55,873 nt of DNA from an archaeon (lineage in GTDB: Archaea > AGJL01 > Methanococci > Methanococcales > Methanocaldococcaceae): NCBI GenBank assembly GCA_024278985.1, contig JAJRSC010000017.1, positions 1 to 55,873 on the forward strand, written 5' to 3'. Positions 30,298 to 40,550 of the stretch are shown piece by piece (within the stretch, counting starts at the first letter, position 1; each line of letters starts with the position of its first letter). A program made the position numbers and the translations under genes. The notes under the pieces are model-generated. The model ran no database searches, was not told the origin of the DNA, and worked only from the letters and a program-made list of their open reading frames with translations.

Positions 30298-30417
30298 ATT
30301 TTCACCAATAAAATATTTTATAAATCATAAAAAGGATTTATAAACAAACTATTAAAAAGTTATGTGATGTAATATATTTAAAATAATTTAAATAACTATT
30401 ATTTAAGGTTGAATAAT

Positions 30418-30981
30418 ATGGAATTTAAAATTGCCATAATTGGACCAGAAAATTCAGGAAAATCTTCATTAATGAATGCTCTTTTTGGAAAATATATATC
30501 ATATGTTTCAGAAGTTGGGGGTACTACTAAAAACCCAGTAAAAAAATACTGGGGGAAAATAAAGATTGGAAAGGCTAAAAAAAACCCTATAATTGTAGAT
30601 ATTATATTTGTTGATTTAGGTGGATTATATACAAAAGATGATAAACTTTCTCCAATTTTAACACCTTCAATATTAAAAAAAACTTATGAAGAGATAGATA
30701 AAGCAGATATGATAATCCATGTTGTTGATGGAACTGTTGGTTTATTAAAAAATTTTGAAAAATTACATTATCTACTAAAATTTAGATACAACAAACCTAT
30801 TATAGTAGTCATTAATAAATCTGATTTATTAAATATTGAAGAAAAGGAAAAGCTTAAAAATTATGTTGAAAATAGATTAAAGAATAAAGTTTTATTATTA
30901 TCTGCTAAGACTGGAGAAGGTTTAGATGAATTAATAAACATCTTTCATCATTATTTAAAAAAGGTGGACTGGGATGTTTGA
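30418..30981 (+). CDS. small Era/EngA-like GTPase
   Basis: G1 GPENSGKSS, G2 GTT, G3 DLGG, G4 NKSD, G5 SAK. Confidence 0.85.
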   Translation: MEFKIAIIGPENSGKSSLMNALFGKYISYVSEVGGTTKNPVKKYWGKIKIGKAKKNPIIVDIIFVDLGGLYTKDDKLSPILTPSILKKTYEEIDKADMIIHVVDGTVGLLKNFEKLHYLLKFRYNKPIIVVINKSDLLNIEEKEKLKNYVENRLKNKVLLLSAKTGEGLDELINIFHHYLKKVDWDV

Positions 30982-31432
30982 GTTTTTAAAAAAAATATTA
31001 AAAGGAAATAATGGTTCTGATGTAAAACCAGAGAGTATAAATGTTGAGGAATATTTACAAGAGATAGAAGAGTTAAATGTTGAACCAGAATCTGAGAAAC
31101 TTATTATAAAGGTTTGTGATGTATATGATGAAAATGATGCTATAAATGCTTTGGTATTGGTAGAAGCAGGATATATAGTTATAGCAAAAATCCCAAATAT
31201 TGAAAAAGAGGCTGATGATGAATTTCTTGAATTATTAAAAAAAGTTAAAAATGAAGTTACAAAAATGGGAGGATTATTAGCTCTTTTAGGTAATGAATAT
31301 ATGATATTAACACCAAAAAATTGTTTAATTGAAAGAGTTAAAAAAGAAATTCCAACTGAAAATATTGAAAGTGAAGAAAATGAGCAAATTGAAAGAGATA
31401 TTATTAAAGAGAAGATTACAGTTAAAAAATGA
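30974..31432 (+). CDS. SepF/DUF552-like protein
   Basis: N-terminal amphipathic helix MFEFLKKIL, acidic linker, SepF-like core G.IVI...K.....MGG......YMILTP. Confidence 0.6.
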   Translation: MFEFLKKILKGNNGSDVKPESINVEEYLQEIEELNVEPESEKLIIKVCDVYDENDAINALVLVEAGYIVIAKIPNIEKEADDEFLELLKKVKNEVTKMGGLLALLGNEYMILTPKNCLIERVKKEIPTENIESEENEQIERDIIKEKITVKK

Positions 31433-32177
31433 GAAAAAAATCAATATTATAGAAAAGCTAAAAAATTATATAGAGTATGATATTGACAAAAAAAGAAAAT
31501 TTAAACTATCAAAAGCTATAAAATATGCAAAAGATAGAAATCCTATAATAACTGAAATAAAGCCTGCTTCTCCATCTAAAGGAAAAATTAAAGAAATTAA
31601 TGAAAAAAATATATTAGATATTGCTAAGGCAATGATAGAAGGGGGATGTATTGGCATATCAATTTTAACAGAACCAAATTATTTTAATGGTAGTTATAAA
31701 AATTTAATATTAGTTAGAAGGTTTGATATTCCTATTTTAATGAAGGACTTTATTATTGATAAATATCAGATTGATATAGCAAATGAAATTGGTGCTAATG
31801 CTATTTTACTAATAGTTAAGGCTTTAGGAGATGATTTAGGTAAGTTTTTAGATTATGCAGATGATTATAAATTGGAGTGTTTAGTAGAAACACATAATGA
31901 GAAAGAAATTGATATTGCCCTAAATTTTGGAGCTAAAATAATAGGGATAAATAATAGGGATTTAGATACTTTAAAAATAGATTTATCAACAACTGAAAGA
32001 TTATCTTCACTAATTCCTAAAAATAAAATAAAAATATCTGAGAGTGGAATATACAAGAGAAATGAATTAAAATATGTTTTAGAATGTTGTGATGCTGCTT
32101 TAATTGGTTCTTCTATTATGGAAAGTAACAACATTATGGAAAAGGTGAAAACTCTTGTTTTCCCACCTTTCAGATAA
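31380..32177 (+). CDS. trpC: indole-3-glycerol phosphate synthase
   Basis: [36 protein letters not shown]; start set at ATG 31380. Confidence 0.93.
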   Translation: MSKLKEILLKRRLQLKNEKKINIIEKLKNYIEYDIDKKRKFKLSKAIKYAKDRNPIITEIKPASPSKGKIKEINEKNILDIAKAMIEGGCIGISILTEPNYFNGSYKNLILVRRFDIPILMKDFIIDKYQIDIANEIGANAILLIVKALGDDLGKFLDYADDYKLECLVETHNEKEIDIALNFGAKIIGINNRDLDTLKIDLSTTERLSSLIPKNKIKISESGIYKRNELKYVLECCDAALIGSSIMESNNIMEKVKTLVFPPFR

Positions 32178-32616
32178 AGGAGTTAATATGGTTGATATAT
32201 CCAATAAAAATAATATTTATAGGGAAGCAATTGCAGAGGGATATATAAAATTAATGCCAAAAACAATAAAATTAATAAAAGAAAATAAGATAAAAAAAGG
32301 AAATATTTTAGCAACTGCCCAAATAGCAGGAATCTTAGCAGTTAAAAAAACTTATGAAATAATCCCCCTCTGCCATCCTCTTCCAATAACATCAATAGAT
32401 ATTAAATTTGAAATTTTTGATGATAGAATAAAAGCAATTTGTAAAGTTAAGACAACATATAAAACAGGCATTGAAATGGAGGCATTAACAGGGGTTAGTG
32501 TTGCATTATTAACTATTTGGGATATGGTTAAGAGCATTGAAAAAGAAAATAACTATAAAGAAACAGAAATTTATGGGATAAAAGTAGTTAAAAAAGTGAA
32601 GGAAAATGGATATTGA
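32155..32616 (+). CDS. moaC: cyclic pyranopterin monophosphate synthase
   Basis: [26 protein letters not shown]. Confidence 0.95.
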   Translation: MFSHLSDKGVNMVDISNKNNIYREAIAEGYIKLMPKTIKLIKENKIKKGNILATAQIAGILAVKKTYEIIPLCHPLPITSIDIKFEIFDDRIKAICKVKTTYKTGIEMEALTGVSVALLTIWDMVKSIEKENNYKETEIYGIKVVKKVKENGY

Positions 32617-33184
32617 GTTATGGGTTAGAATTATTAAAGAAGGAATAAAAACAAAAAAAATTAATCCTTGGGATATAAATATTGAAGAAGTGGCAGATTT
32701 TTATATTAATAAAATTAAAGAACTTAAAAGATTTGATATAAAACTATCAGCAGATGTTATTTTAGTGGCAAGTATTTTATTAAGGATGAAATCAGAATAT
32801 TTATACAATCAACTAAATCCTAAAAAAGAAAAAAAGGTTAAAAAAAGATGTAAAAAAGAAGAAAAAATAAATGAAGAAAAACTTATAAAAAATGTAAAGA
32901 GAGAATTAAAAAAGATAAAAAAGAAAAACACTAAAAAAGAGGTAATAATTTATAATATTGATGATATTGTTGATGAGATGATTGAAGAGGAAAATATTGA
33001 GAAAATTATAGAAGAACTTTATAATATAATATCTAAGAAGAGGGAAATCATCTATCAGGAAGTTTTTAAAAATAAAGATGATAAGATTAAATACTTTATT
33101 CCTTCTTTATATTTAGCTTATGAAAACAAAATAGAAATTATTCAAGAAAATATTTTTGATGAAATAATACTAAGAAAAAAATAA
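32606..33184 (+). CDS. scpA: kleisin ScpA-like segregation/condensation protein
   Basis: INPWDINI..V...[12 protein letters not shown]-terminal F...LYL....I...QE.IF. Confidence 0.75.
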   Translation: MDIELWVRIIKEGIKTKKINPWDINIEEVADFYINKIKELKRFDIKLSADVILVASILLRMKSEYLYNQLNPKKEKKVKKRCKKEEKINEEKLIKNVKRELKKIKKKNTKKEVIIYNIDDIVDEMIEEENIEKIIEELYNIISKKREIIYQEVFKNKDDKIKYFIPSLYLAYENKIEIIQENIFDEIILRKK

Positions 33185-33205
33185 TAATTAATTTTGTGAG
33201 TATTT

Positions 33206-33943
33206 ATGAAAATTGCAATTGTTGGTAAGGGAGGAGTTGGAAAAACTTTTATTGCCTCTCAACTTATAAAACTCTTTTCAAAAGATAATTTTAAAGTTAT
33301 TGGGGTAGATTGTGATAATAATCCAACATTATCTTTAAATTTTGGAATTGAATATATTAAACCATTATCTGAAAGGGCAGATATAATAGAAGAAAGGACT
33401 GGAGCTAAGCCTGGAAGTTATGGCTCTATTTTTAAAATTAATCCAAAAGTTGATGATTTAATTGACATACTTGGAAAGAAAGTTAATGATAACATTACTT
33501 TAATGGTTATGGGAACTATTGAAAAAAGTGGTCAGGGATGTATTTGCCCTGCTTCAGTTTTGTTAAGGAGATTATTAAGACATTTAATATTAAAAAGAAA
33601 TGAAGTTGTTATTTTGGATATGGAGGCAGGATTAGAACATTTTGGTAGGAAGGTATTAGAAAATATTGACTTATTAATAATAGTAGTTGAACCAACAAAA
33701 AAATCAATTCTAACAGGAAAAAGATTAAAAAAATTGGCAGAGGACTTAAATATAAAAAATATTAAGGTTATTATAAATAAATCCCATAGTAATATTAAAG
33801 AAATTGTTGAGAAAGAAATTGGAGAGGTTATTGGAATTATTCCCTATAAAGAAGAAATATTTAAATCTGAATTTAGTGGGGAAAATATAGAGATTCCTGA
33901 GATTAAAGAAATATATAATAACATTAAAAAAACTATTTTTTAA
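33206..33943 (+). CDS. cooC: CooC/AcsF-type nickel-insertion ATPase
   Basis: GKGGVGKT, LMVMG......GCICP, DMEAGLEHFGR. Confidence 0.85.
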   Translation: MKIAIVGKGGVGKTFIASQLIKLFSKDNFKVIGVDCDNNPTLSLNFGIEYIKPLSERADIIEERTGAKPGSYGSIFKINPKVDDLIDILGKKVNDNITLMVMGTIEKSGQGCICPASVLLRRLLRHLILKRNEVVILDMEAGLEHFGRKVLENIDLLIIVVEPTKKSILTGKRLKKLAEDLNIKNIKVIINKSHSNIKEIVEKEIGEVIGIIPYKEEIFKSEFSGENIEIPEIKEIYNNIKKTIF

Positions 33944-34829
33944 AATATGGTTCTCTCCTTTTTATACATTCTAAAAAATATTTTTCTAAATCTTCTCCAT
34001 TTCTTAAAGGAGTTAAAATATCTACTAAATTATCATTTCTTAATAAACATGGTTTTAAATATCCATCTGCTGTTAATCTTAACCTTGTACAGTGCATACA
34101 AAACTCAGAGTTGTCCATAGGTCTAACAAATTCAACCTCAACATCATTCTCTAAAATATATCTAACTCTATTATGCATTTTTCTCCTATATGATATTTTT
34201 TTAGCTCTTTTTTTAATTTTTTCCTCAACATTATCCAAAGAAATATAATATTTATCCTTTATTAATTTATCTTTTAGCAAAAATTCTATAATTTGCAAAA
34301 TAGCTCCAATTTCTTTACAGAAGTTTAACATATCTTCAAGTTCCTCAATATTAATTTTCATAGCTAAAAAATTAATTTTTATTGGATAAAAATATTTGGA
34401 TGCTTCTTTTAAACCTTCAATTACATTCTCTATATTTCCCCCAGTTATCATTTTATATTTTTTTTTGTTTAGAGTATCTAAACTTACATTTATTCTATCT
34501 AATCCAGCAATTTTTAATTGTTTAAAATATTTTTTTAAAAGAGTTCCATTTGTTGTTAATGCAATTTCTTTAATCTCTCTAATATTTTTAATTCTTTTAA
34601 TTATTTTTATAATGTCCTTCCTAATTAATGGCTCTCCACCAGTAATTTTAATTTTTCTAACTCCAAACTTTGTAGATACTCTAACAATTTTTTCAATCTC
34701 TTCAGGAGTAAGTTCTCTATTATTATCAAAAAATTGACCTTCATTATGACAGTAAAAACAGTTTAAATTACATCTCTTTGTTATTGAAATTCTTAAAGAC
34801 CTTATCTCTCTTCCAAATCTATCTCTCAT
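33933..34829 (-). CDS. moaA: GTP 3',8-cyclase
   Basis: DRFGR...LRISIT..CNLNCFYC, TGGEPL, FCMHCTRLRLTADG.LKPCL. Confidence 0.93.
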   Translation of the reverse strand: MRDRFGREIRSLRISITKRCNLNCFYCHNEGQFFDNNRELTPEEIEKIVRVSTKFGVRKIKITGGEPLIRKDIIKIIKRIKNIREIKEIALTTNGTLLKKYFKQLKIAGLDRINVSLDTLNKKKYKMITGGNIENVIEGLKEASKYFYPIKINFLAMKINIEELEDMLNFCKEIGAILQIIEFLLKDKLIKDKYYISLDNVEEKIKKRAKKISYRRKMHNRVRYILENDVEVEFVRPMDNSEFCMHCTRLRLTADGYLKPCLLRNDNLVDILTPLRNGEDLEKYFLECIKRREPYFKK

Positions 34830-34886
34830 ATTTCACCAAAAAAAAAGATGGTAAATAATATTTAATAGAATATTTAATAATTTATA

Positions 34887-35576
34887 TTATTGTTCTTTAT
34901 TCTCTTCTTTTTTTTCTTCTTTTTTCTTTTTAAATGTCTCTATAAATTTAACTTCATCAATATCATCAAATCTTTTAAATATTTCTTGGACAATAGCTAA
35001 CTTTATTCTTGGGTCTAATGGAGGAATCTCTATAATAACAGTGTTATCTTCAATTTTAACAGTAGATACAACTCTTGGAGCAGCCATTTTAACAATTTCT
35101 TTTATTATATCTTCTTTATTTTCAATAATTTCCTCTATTTTTATTCTATATTTTACTTCCTTTCCAGCTAACTCATGATTAAAATCAACTAACACTCTAC
35201 CACTGTTTATACTAACAACTCTCCCTGTTAATCCATCAACAGTTATAACCATTCCCTTAAATGGTGTTAATCCTCTTTTTTTAAATTCAGATAAAGGAAT
35301 TATTTTTATTTTTGATGGGTCTCTTTTACCAAATGCCTTTTCTGGAGGTAAAATAACTTCTCTCTCTTCTCCTACATTCATCTCTAAAATTACCTCATCC
35401 AACCCTGGAAGAATTTGTCCCTCTCCAGCAAATATTGCAACTGGACCATATACAATTTTTGGATTATATATTCCTGCTTCTTTGGCTTTTTCTTCATTTG
35501 TTGTATCAAATAACTTATCATCTACATATCCATCATAACTAACCTTAACTAACTTACCTTTTTCAACCATATCCAA
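34887..35576 (-). CDS. long-type FKBP peptidyl-prolyl isomerase
   Basis: [33 protein letters not shown]-terminal extra domain. Confidence 0.9.
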   Translation of the reverse strand: MDMVEKGKLVKVSYDGYVDDKLFDTTNEEKAKEAGIYNPKIVYGPVAIFAGEGQILPGLDEVILEMNVGEEREVILPPEKAFGKRDPSKIKIIPLSEFKKRGLTPFKGMVITVDGLTGRVVSINSGRVLVDFNHELAGKEVKYRIKIEEIIENKEDIIKEIVKMAAPRVVSTVKIEDNTVIIEIPPLDPRIKLAIVQEIFKRFDDIDEVKFIETFKKKKEEKKEENKEQ

Positions 35577-35628
35577 TCCCCTAAAAAATTTTTATTTAGT
35601 GTGAAAGTCAAACCTAATATATAAATGT

Positions 35629-37275
35629 TTATTTATGAGCATAGCAACAAATGGTAATTTCATCATCTTTTTTATCTATTCTACAAAACCCAAATCTTTC
35701 AAATTGTATAATCTCATCCTCTTTAACTTCCCTAAAATCTTTTTCTGCATATCCTTCTTTAATTTCTCCAGATGGCATTAAAACCTTAACTTTATTAATA
35801 TTATCAACAGGAATCCAATGGATAATTTTAGCCTTATTTTTCTTGGCTATTTTAAAATCATCTGAATGATATCTTGCTATTATAATATCATCAATTTTTT
35901 CAACAACAACATTAAACAACTCCATCAATCTATACATTTTTCCTTCTTCAATTTCATCATTGACAACATAAACCTCTCCATTAAATAAAAGTTCCCTCTC
36001 ACCAAATTCTTTCCTATCTGGATGTTTTCTTAACTTAACTACTCTTTTATCTGCATCTTTAACAACCATTTTTTTTGGGTTCCATACAAAGAAAAATCTT
36101 TTTGCTTCTTTATCTATAAGTTCCTTATTAATAGCATAAAGATTTTCCCATGAAAATTTAACATCAGCTGGCTTAATTCCAATATCTAACATAATTTTAT
36201 ATATTGCCTCTGGTTTAATTCCTCTCCTTTTTAAAGCTCTTAAAGTTCCTAATCTAATATCATCCCAACCACTATATACTCCTTCTATAATCCCCTTGTA
36301 AATCTGGGAAGTACTTAAAACAGTATCCTCTATTTTTAATATTCCATAATGTATAAACTCTGGAATATCCCAATTAAAATATTTGTAAATATATTTTTGT
36401 TTTTCAGTATTTACTATATGGTCTTTTCCTCTTAAAACATGAGTAACCCCTAAAAGATGGTCATCTATTGGAACAGAAAAATTCATTAAAGGATAAACAT
36501 ATTTATCTCCAACTCTTGGGTGATGTGTTTTTTCTATTCTAAATATTGGAAAGTCCCTTATAGAAGGATTCTTATGTTTTATATCTGTCTTTAATCTAAC
36601 TACTACATTATCAATTTCTCCATTAAGCATTTTTTTCCATAATTCTAAGTTTTCCTCTATATCCCTATCTCTACACTTACATGGAAGTCCTTTATTTCTT
36701 AATTCTCTAAATGATTCTTGTGAACATTCACAAACATATGCTAATCCTTTTTTAATTAACTCCTCTCCATATTTGTAGTATATATCTAATCTATCAGATT
36801 GAATAACTGTCTCATCAACTTTAATATTTAACCATTCTAAATCTTCCTTTATCATATCGTAGGCATCTTCTAATACCCTTTTAGGGTCTGTATCTTCTAA
36901 TCTTAAAATAAATTTTCCATTGTATTTTTTAGCAAAGTAATCGTTTAAAACAGCTGCCCTTGCATGACCAATATGTAATGGTCCAGATGGATTTGGAGCA
37001 AATCTTAAGATTACTTTATCCTTAACATTTGGTAAAACTAAATCCTTTTTCTTTTTCTTTCTCTCTATTTTTATATTTTTAGATATTTCATTTAATTCTT
37101 TTTCACTTAAGTTATTAACTTCTTCAACAATTTTCTCAACAATAGGTAAAATTTCTTTAACTTTTTTCCTATATTCAGGATTTTCTGATAAAAACAAACC
37201 TAAAACTTTCTTTGTATTGGCAGTTCCATATTTTAATCTATTAATTATTGCTATCTCTCTAATTTTATTTTCCAT
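35629..37275 (-). CDS. gltX: glutamyl-tRNA synthetase
   Basis: [31 protein letters not shown]. Confidence 0.96.
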   Translation of the reverse strand: MENKIREIAIINRLKYGTANTKKVLGLFLSENPEYRKKVKEILPIVEKIVEEVNNLSEKELNEISKNIKIERKKKKKDLVLPNVKDKVILRFAPNPSGPLHIGHARAAVLNDYFAKKYNGKFILRLEDTDPKRVLEDAYDMIKEDLEWLNIKVDETVIQSDRLDIYYKYGEELIKKGLAYVCECSQESFRELRNKGLPCKCRDRDIEENLELWKKMLNGEIDNVVVRLKTDIKHKNPSIRDFPIFRIEKTHHPRVGDKYVYPLMNFSVPIDDHLLGVTHVLRGKDHIVNTEKQKYIYKYFNWDIPEFIHYGILKIEDTVLSTSQIYKGIIEGVYSGWDDIRLGTLRALKRRGIKPEAIYKIMLDIGIKPADVKFSWENLYAINKELIDKEAKRFFFVWNPKKMVVKDADKRVVKLRKHPDRKEFGERELLFNGEVYVVNDEIEEGKMYRLMELFNVVVEKIDDIIIARYHSDDFKIAKKNKAKIIHWIPVDNINKVKVLMPSGEIKEGYAEKDFREVKEDEIIQFERFGFCRIDKKDDEITICCYAHK

Positions 37276-38276
37276 TATTCTCCCTCTAAATATTTTTTTA
37301 ATTTTTCTAAATGTTCTCTCTTTCCAAATGCATAGATAATATCTCCAATATTTAACTCAATATCTGGAGGTGGGCTTGTAATCATTGAATTTTCTTTTTT
37401 TATAGCTAAAATAATAGCTCCAGTAAGTTCTCTAATTTTAGAGTCCTTAAGTTTTATTTTATCTAATTTAGGATTTTTTAAAATAAATCTTCTAATCTCC
37501 ATATCTTCCTCATCACTTGCAATTAAAGAATGAACAAACTCAATAATATCAGGATTTAAGGCTATCCTTGCAATTTCCATTCCACCTACTACATAAGGAC
37601 ATACTGCCCTATCAGCACCTGCTTTTATTAGCTTGTCTAAAGTAGAAGGCCTATCAGCCTTAGCAACAATATATATATTAGGATTTAGTTTTTTAGCAGA
37701 TAAAGTTATAAAAACATTTTCAGCATCAGAACCAACGACAGAAACTAACCCTCTCGCCCTTTCTATTCCTGCCTTTATAAGAGTTTTATCTAATGTAGCA
37801 TCTCCAACAATACAGACAATATTTTTATCATTTTCTATAAGTTCCTTTATCTGTTCTTCACTTTTATCAATAACTACAAAAGGAATTTTATTTTTTCTTA
37901 GTTCTTCAATAATAATTTTACCTAATCTTCCACATCCACAAATAATATAATGATTTTCCATTTTTTTTAATTTCTCTTCCATTTTTTTCAACCTAAAATA
38001 TCTCCTAAAATGGCCTTCTATAATAAATGCTGCCAAATTACTTAAAGTATATGCAACAGTTCCTACACCAAGAAAAATATATATGATAATTGATAACTTA
38101 CCAAAAAATGTTTTTGGAGTATAATCTCCATAACCAACTGTTGATATTGTAACAACTGAAGTATATAAAGATGTAAAAAAATCCCAACCTTCTGTTATTT
38201 CTAAAATTATTGCTTCTATAATAATTAAAAAAATTAAAAATATAACTCCAAATTTTATTTTATCAAATGTATCCAT
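37275..38276 (-). CDS. 2-TM potassium channel with RCK (TrkA-N/C) domains
   Basis: TVGYGD filter, [20 protein letters not shown], TrkA-C. Confidence 0.92.
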   Translation of the reverse strand: MDTFDKIKFGVIFLIFLIIIEAIILEITEGWDFFTSLYTSVVTISTVGYGDYTPKTFFGKLSIIIYIFLGVGTVAYTLSNLAAFIIEGHFRRYFRLKKMEEKLKKMENHYIICGCGRLGKIIIEELRKNKIPFVVIDKSEEQIKELIENDKNIVCIVGDATLDKTLIKAGIERARGLVSVVGSDAENVFITLSAKKLNPNIYIVAKADRPSTLDKLIKAGADRAVCPYVVGGMEIARIALNPDIIEFVHSLIASDEEDMEIRRFILKNPKLDKIKLKDSKIRELTGAIILAIKKENSMITSPPPDIELNIGDIIYAFGKREHLEKLKKYLEGE

Positions 38277-38289
38277 TTGTTTCCCTTAT

Positions 38290-38898
38290 CTATTTTTCTA
38301 AAGCTTTTTGTAAAGTAGTTAATAGACCTGATATAAATATTAAGACTGAAAATATAATTATCAACTTTCCAAATGTTGTTACAGGTGTGATATCCCCATA
38401 CCCAACAGTAGTTATTGATATTGTTGTAAAATAAAAAGCATCAAAAAAGTTATTTATCTTTGGATTTTTTCCATATTCTGCTATCCAAATAAAACATGAA
38501 CTAATAAAACAAATAATTAATATTGTCAAAAAATTCATTAATGCTGGTTCTTTTATTTCCCTTAACTTTATTATTCTTAATAGTACCAAAATTCTAATAA
38601 GGTTAATTACTCTAATTCCAATAAATGCCTTTGTGGAGAATATTTGGAGGGTATATAAAATAAAAGCAATAACAACAACAGCATCAATAACATTATATAT
38701 ATTCTTAAAGAAATTTATCTTATCTTCTGCATTTTTAAATTCATATATAAATCTGATTGTAAAATATGTTATAGAAAGGTAGTCAAATATAATTAATATA
38801 CTTTGATATTTAAAATTATAGGTTGATAGTATAAAAGATATTAAGATTTCCAATGTAAAAATTAAATCTAAGATATCTAAAATCATTTTTTTTCTCAT
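38290..38898 (-). CDS. mvp: 6-TM voltage-gated K+ channel (MVP-like)
   Basis: S4 pattern IRVINLIRILVLLRIIKLR, TTVGYGD filter, about 200 aa. Confidence 0.85.
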   Translation of the reverse strand: MRKKMILDILDLIFTLEILISFILSTYNFKYQSILIIFDYLSITYFTIRFIYEFKNAEDKINFFKNIYNVIDAVVVIAFILYTLQIFSTKAFIGIRVINLIRILVLLRIIKLREIKEPALMNFLTILIICFISSCFIWIAEYGKNPKINNFFDAFYFTTISITTVGYGDITPVTTFGKLIIIFSVLIFISGLLTTLQKALEK

Positions 38899-39038
38899 AA
38901 CTATCCTCTATTGGTTAGGTTTAGCATACCATTTATTTTATTAAATCTCACTTATTATGATATTAATAATGCTAATTGCTAATTTATTTATAGATAGAAT
39001 ATCTTATATTTATTAAAATCTATTATGGTGATACTTTT

Positions 39039-39473
39039 ATGACAATAATAAAATGGTCTAAAGAGTTTGAAACTGGAATTAAAGCATTTGATGAAGAACA
39101 TAAGTATTTAGTTGAAACTTTAAATAAAATATATAACCTATTAAAAGAAAGAAAAAGAGATGAAGCTAAAAAAATACTAAAAAATAATATTATTAAATAT
39201 ACAGAAAAACATTTTAAACATGAAGAAGAAATTTTTAAAAAATATGGATATCCTGAATTAGAAAGGCATAAAAAAATACATGACCTTTTTATAAAAACAA
39301 TAGTAGAAAAAGAACTACCAAAAATAGATAAATCAGATGAAGAGTTTAGAGCTGTAATTTCCTTTTTAGTTGGATGGTTGATTATGCATATTCAAAAATC
39401 TGATAAAAAATATGGAGAATGGTTAAGGAGTAAAAATATAGTTATAGATGAGGAGCCAGTTAAGATAGATTAG
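39039..39473 (+). CDS. hemerythrin-like non-haem diiron protein
   Basis: W....ETG...D.EH, HF..EE, H...H, WL..HI...D: complete ligand set. Confidence 0.9.
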   Translation: MTIIKWSKEFETGIKAFDEEHKYLVETLNKIYNLLKERKRDEAKKILKNNIIKYTEKHFKHEEEIFKKYGYPELERHKKIHDLFIKTIVEKELPKIDKSDEEFRAVISFLVGWLIMHIQKSDKKYGEWLRSKNIVIDEEPVKID

Positions 39474-40144
39474 GTTATTTTAGATATATACTCGCACCAA
39501 GAGTTCCAAAAGTTATATGTATCTTTATTTAGTTGATTACTCTGTAAAATTATATACCAATCTCCAACTTTTCTATAAAATGTATAACTGACATTTTTTC
39601 CATCTATTGATATAAATTCATAAATTATAAAATATCCATATTTATCTTGTTGAATGTATTTTTTAACATTGTTATATTTGTATGCATCAGCTAAGTTAAT
39701 TGGTTTTTTTGTTACAACTAATGTATAATTTTTATATTTCTTTATTATAGTGTCCTTTAATCTTATTTCATCACTATAATTTAAATTAGGAAATATCTTT
39801 TCAACATTATTAATATATTTATATTGGAGGTTATATTGAATATTATTAGCATGTTTATTTGTTATGTTGGAACTATTTTTAATTGATATATTTATATTTA
39901 CATTATTTTTTATGGATTTTGCTGTAATGTTAGTTTTTATTAAATTAGTTTTTATTAAAGTTGTTGTACTATTTTTATTTTTTTTAAAGTTAGATTGATT
40001 ATTATAATTATATATATAAGATTTATCAACATTCTTATTGGCATTATTAAACTCAATACTTGTTAAATCTAAACATCCACATAATAAGATAATGCTTAAA
40101 ATAATGCTTAACAAAAGTATAGCAATCCTCAACATATCACCCAA
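39470..40144 (-). CDS. putative lipoprotein; likely start about 40135
   Basis: Hydrophobic leader ending in lipobox LLCGC, N/T-rich linker, aromatic-rich C-terminal domain. Confidence 0.6.
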   Translation of the reverse strand: MGDMLRIAILLLSIILSIILLCGCLDLTSIEFNNANKNVDKSYIYNYNNQSNFKKNKNSTTTLIKTNLIKTNITAKSIKNNVNINISIKNSSNITNKHANNIQYNLQYKYINNVEKIFPNLNYSDEIRLKDTIIKKYKNYTLVVTKKPINLADAYKYNNVKKYIQQDKYGYFIIYEFISIDGKNVSYTFYRKVGDWYIILQSNQLNKDTYNFWNSWCEYISKIT

Positions 40145-40291
40145 ATATTTAAATTAATAAATGTCAGAAAAAAATAAATATTAGTTAAAATTATTTGATG
40201 AGATACTTATAGATGATATTATGGTCATAACTATCAAAAATAAATTTATGTTTAACTCTTTTATATAAATTATTATGTTTGAGGGATTAAC

Positions 40292-40528
40292 TTGAAAGTG
40301 CTTGAGCATGAACTCGTACCTAAGCATGAAATAGTTGATAAAGAAGAAGTTGAGAAAATTCTAAAAAAGTATAATATTAAGATTCAACAGTTACCTAAGA
40401 TTTTTGAAGATGACCCTGCTGCTATGGAGATTGGTGCAAAAGAGGGAGATGTTATAAAAATCACAAGAAAAAGTCCTACTGCAGGGGAAATTGTTGTTTA
40501 TAGATTAGTTATTAAAAGAATAGTATAA
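40292..40528 (+). CDS. rpoH: RNA polymerase subunit H (Rpo5)
   Basis: [23 protein letters not shown]...YR. Confidence 0.96.
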   Translation: MKVLEHELVPKHEIVDKEEVEKILKKYNIKIQQLPKIFEDDPAAMEIGAKEGDVIKITRKSPTAGEIVVYRLVIKRIV

Positions 40529-40550
40529 AACTTTTTTTGGTGAAATTAAC

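Noticed and set aside
38901-38927. Mini-ORF MLNLTNRG upstream of the MVP-like channel as a frameshifted N-terminus or leader peptide
   Set aside because: Only 8 codons and out of frame; the channel has its own GAGGA RBS and ATG at 38898.
40195-40240. Possible C/D box sRNA (TGATGA) upstream of rpoH
   Set aside because: No CTGA D box at a suitable distance and no GC enrichment.
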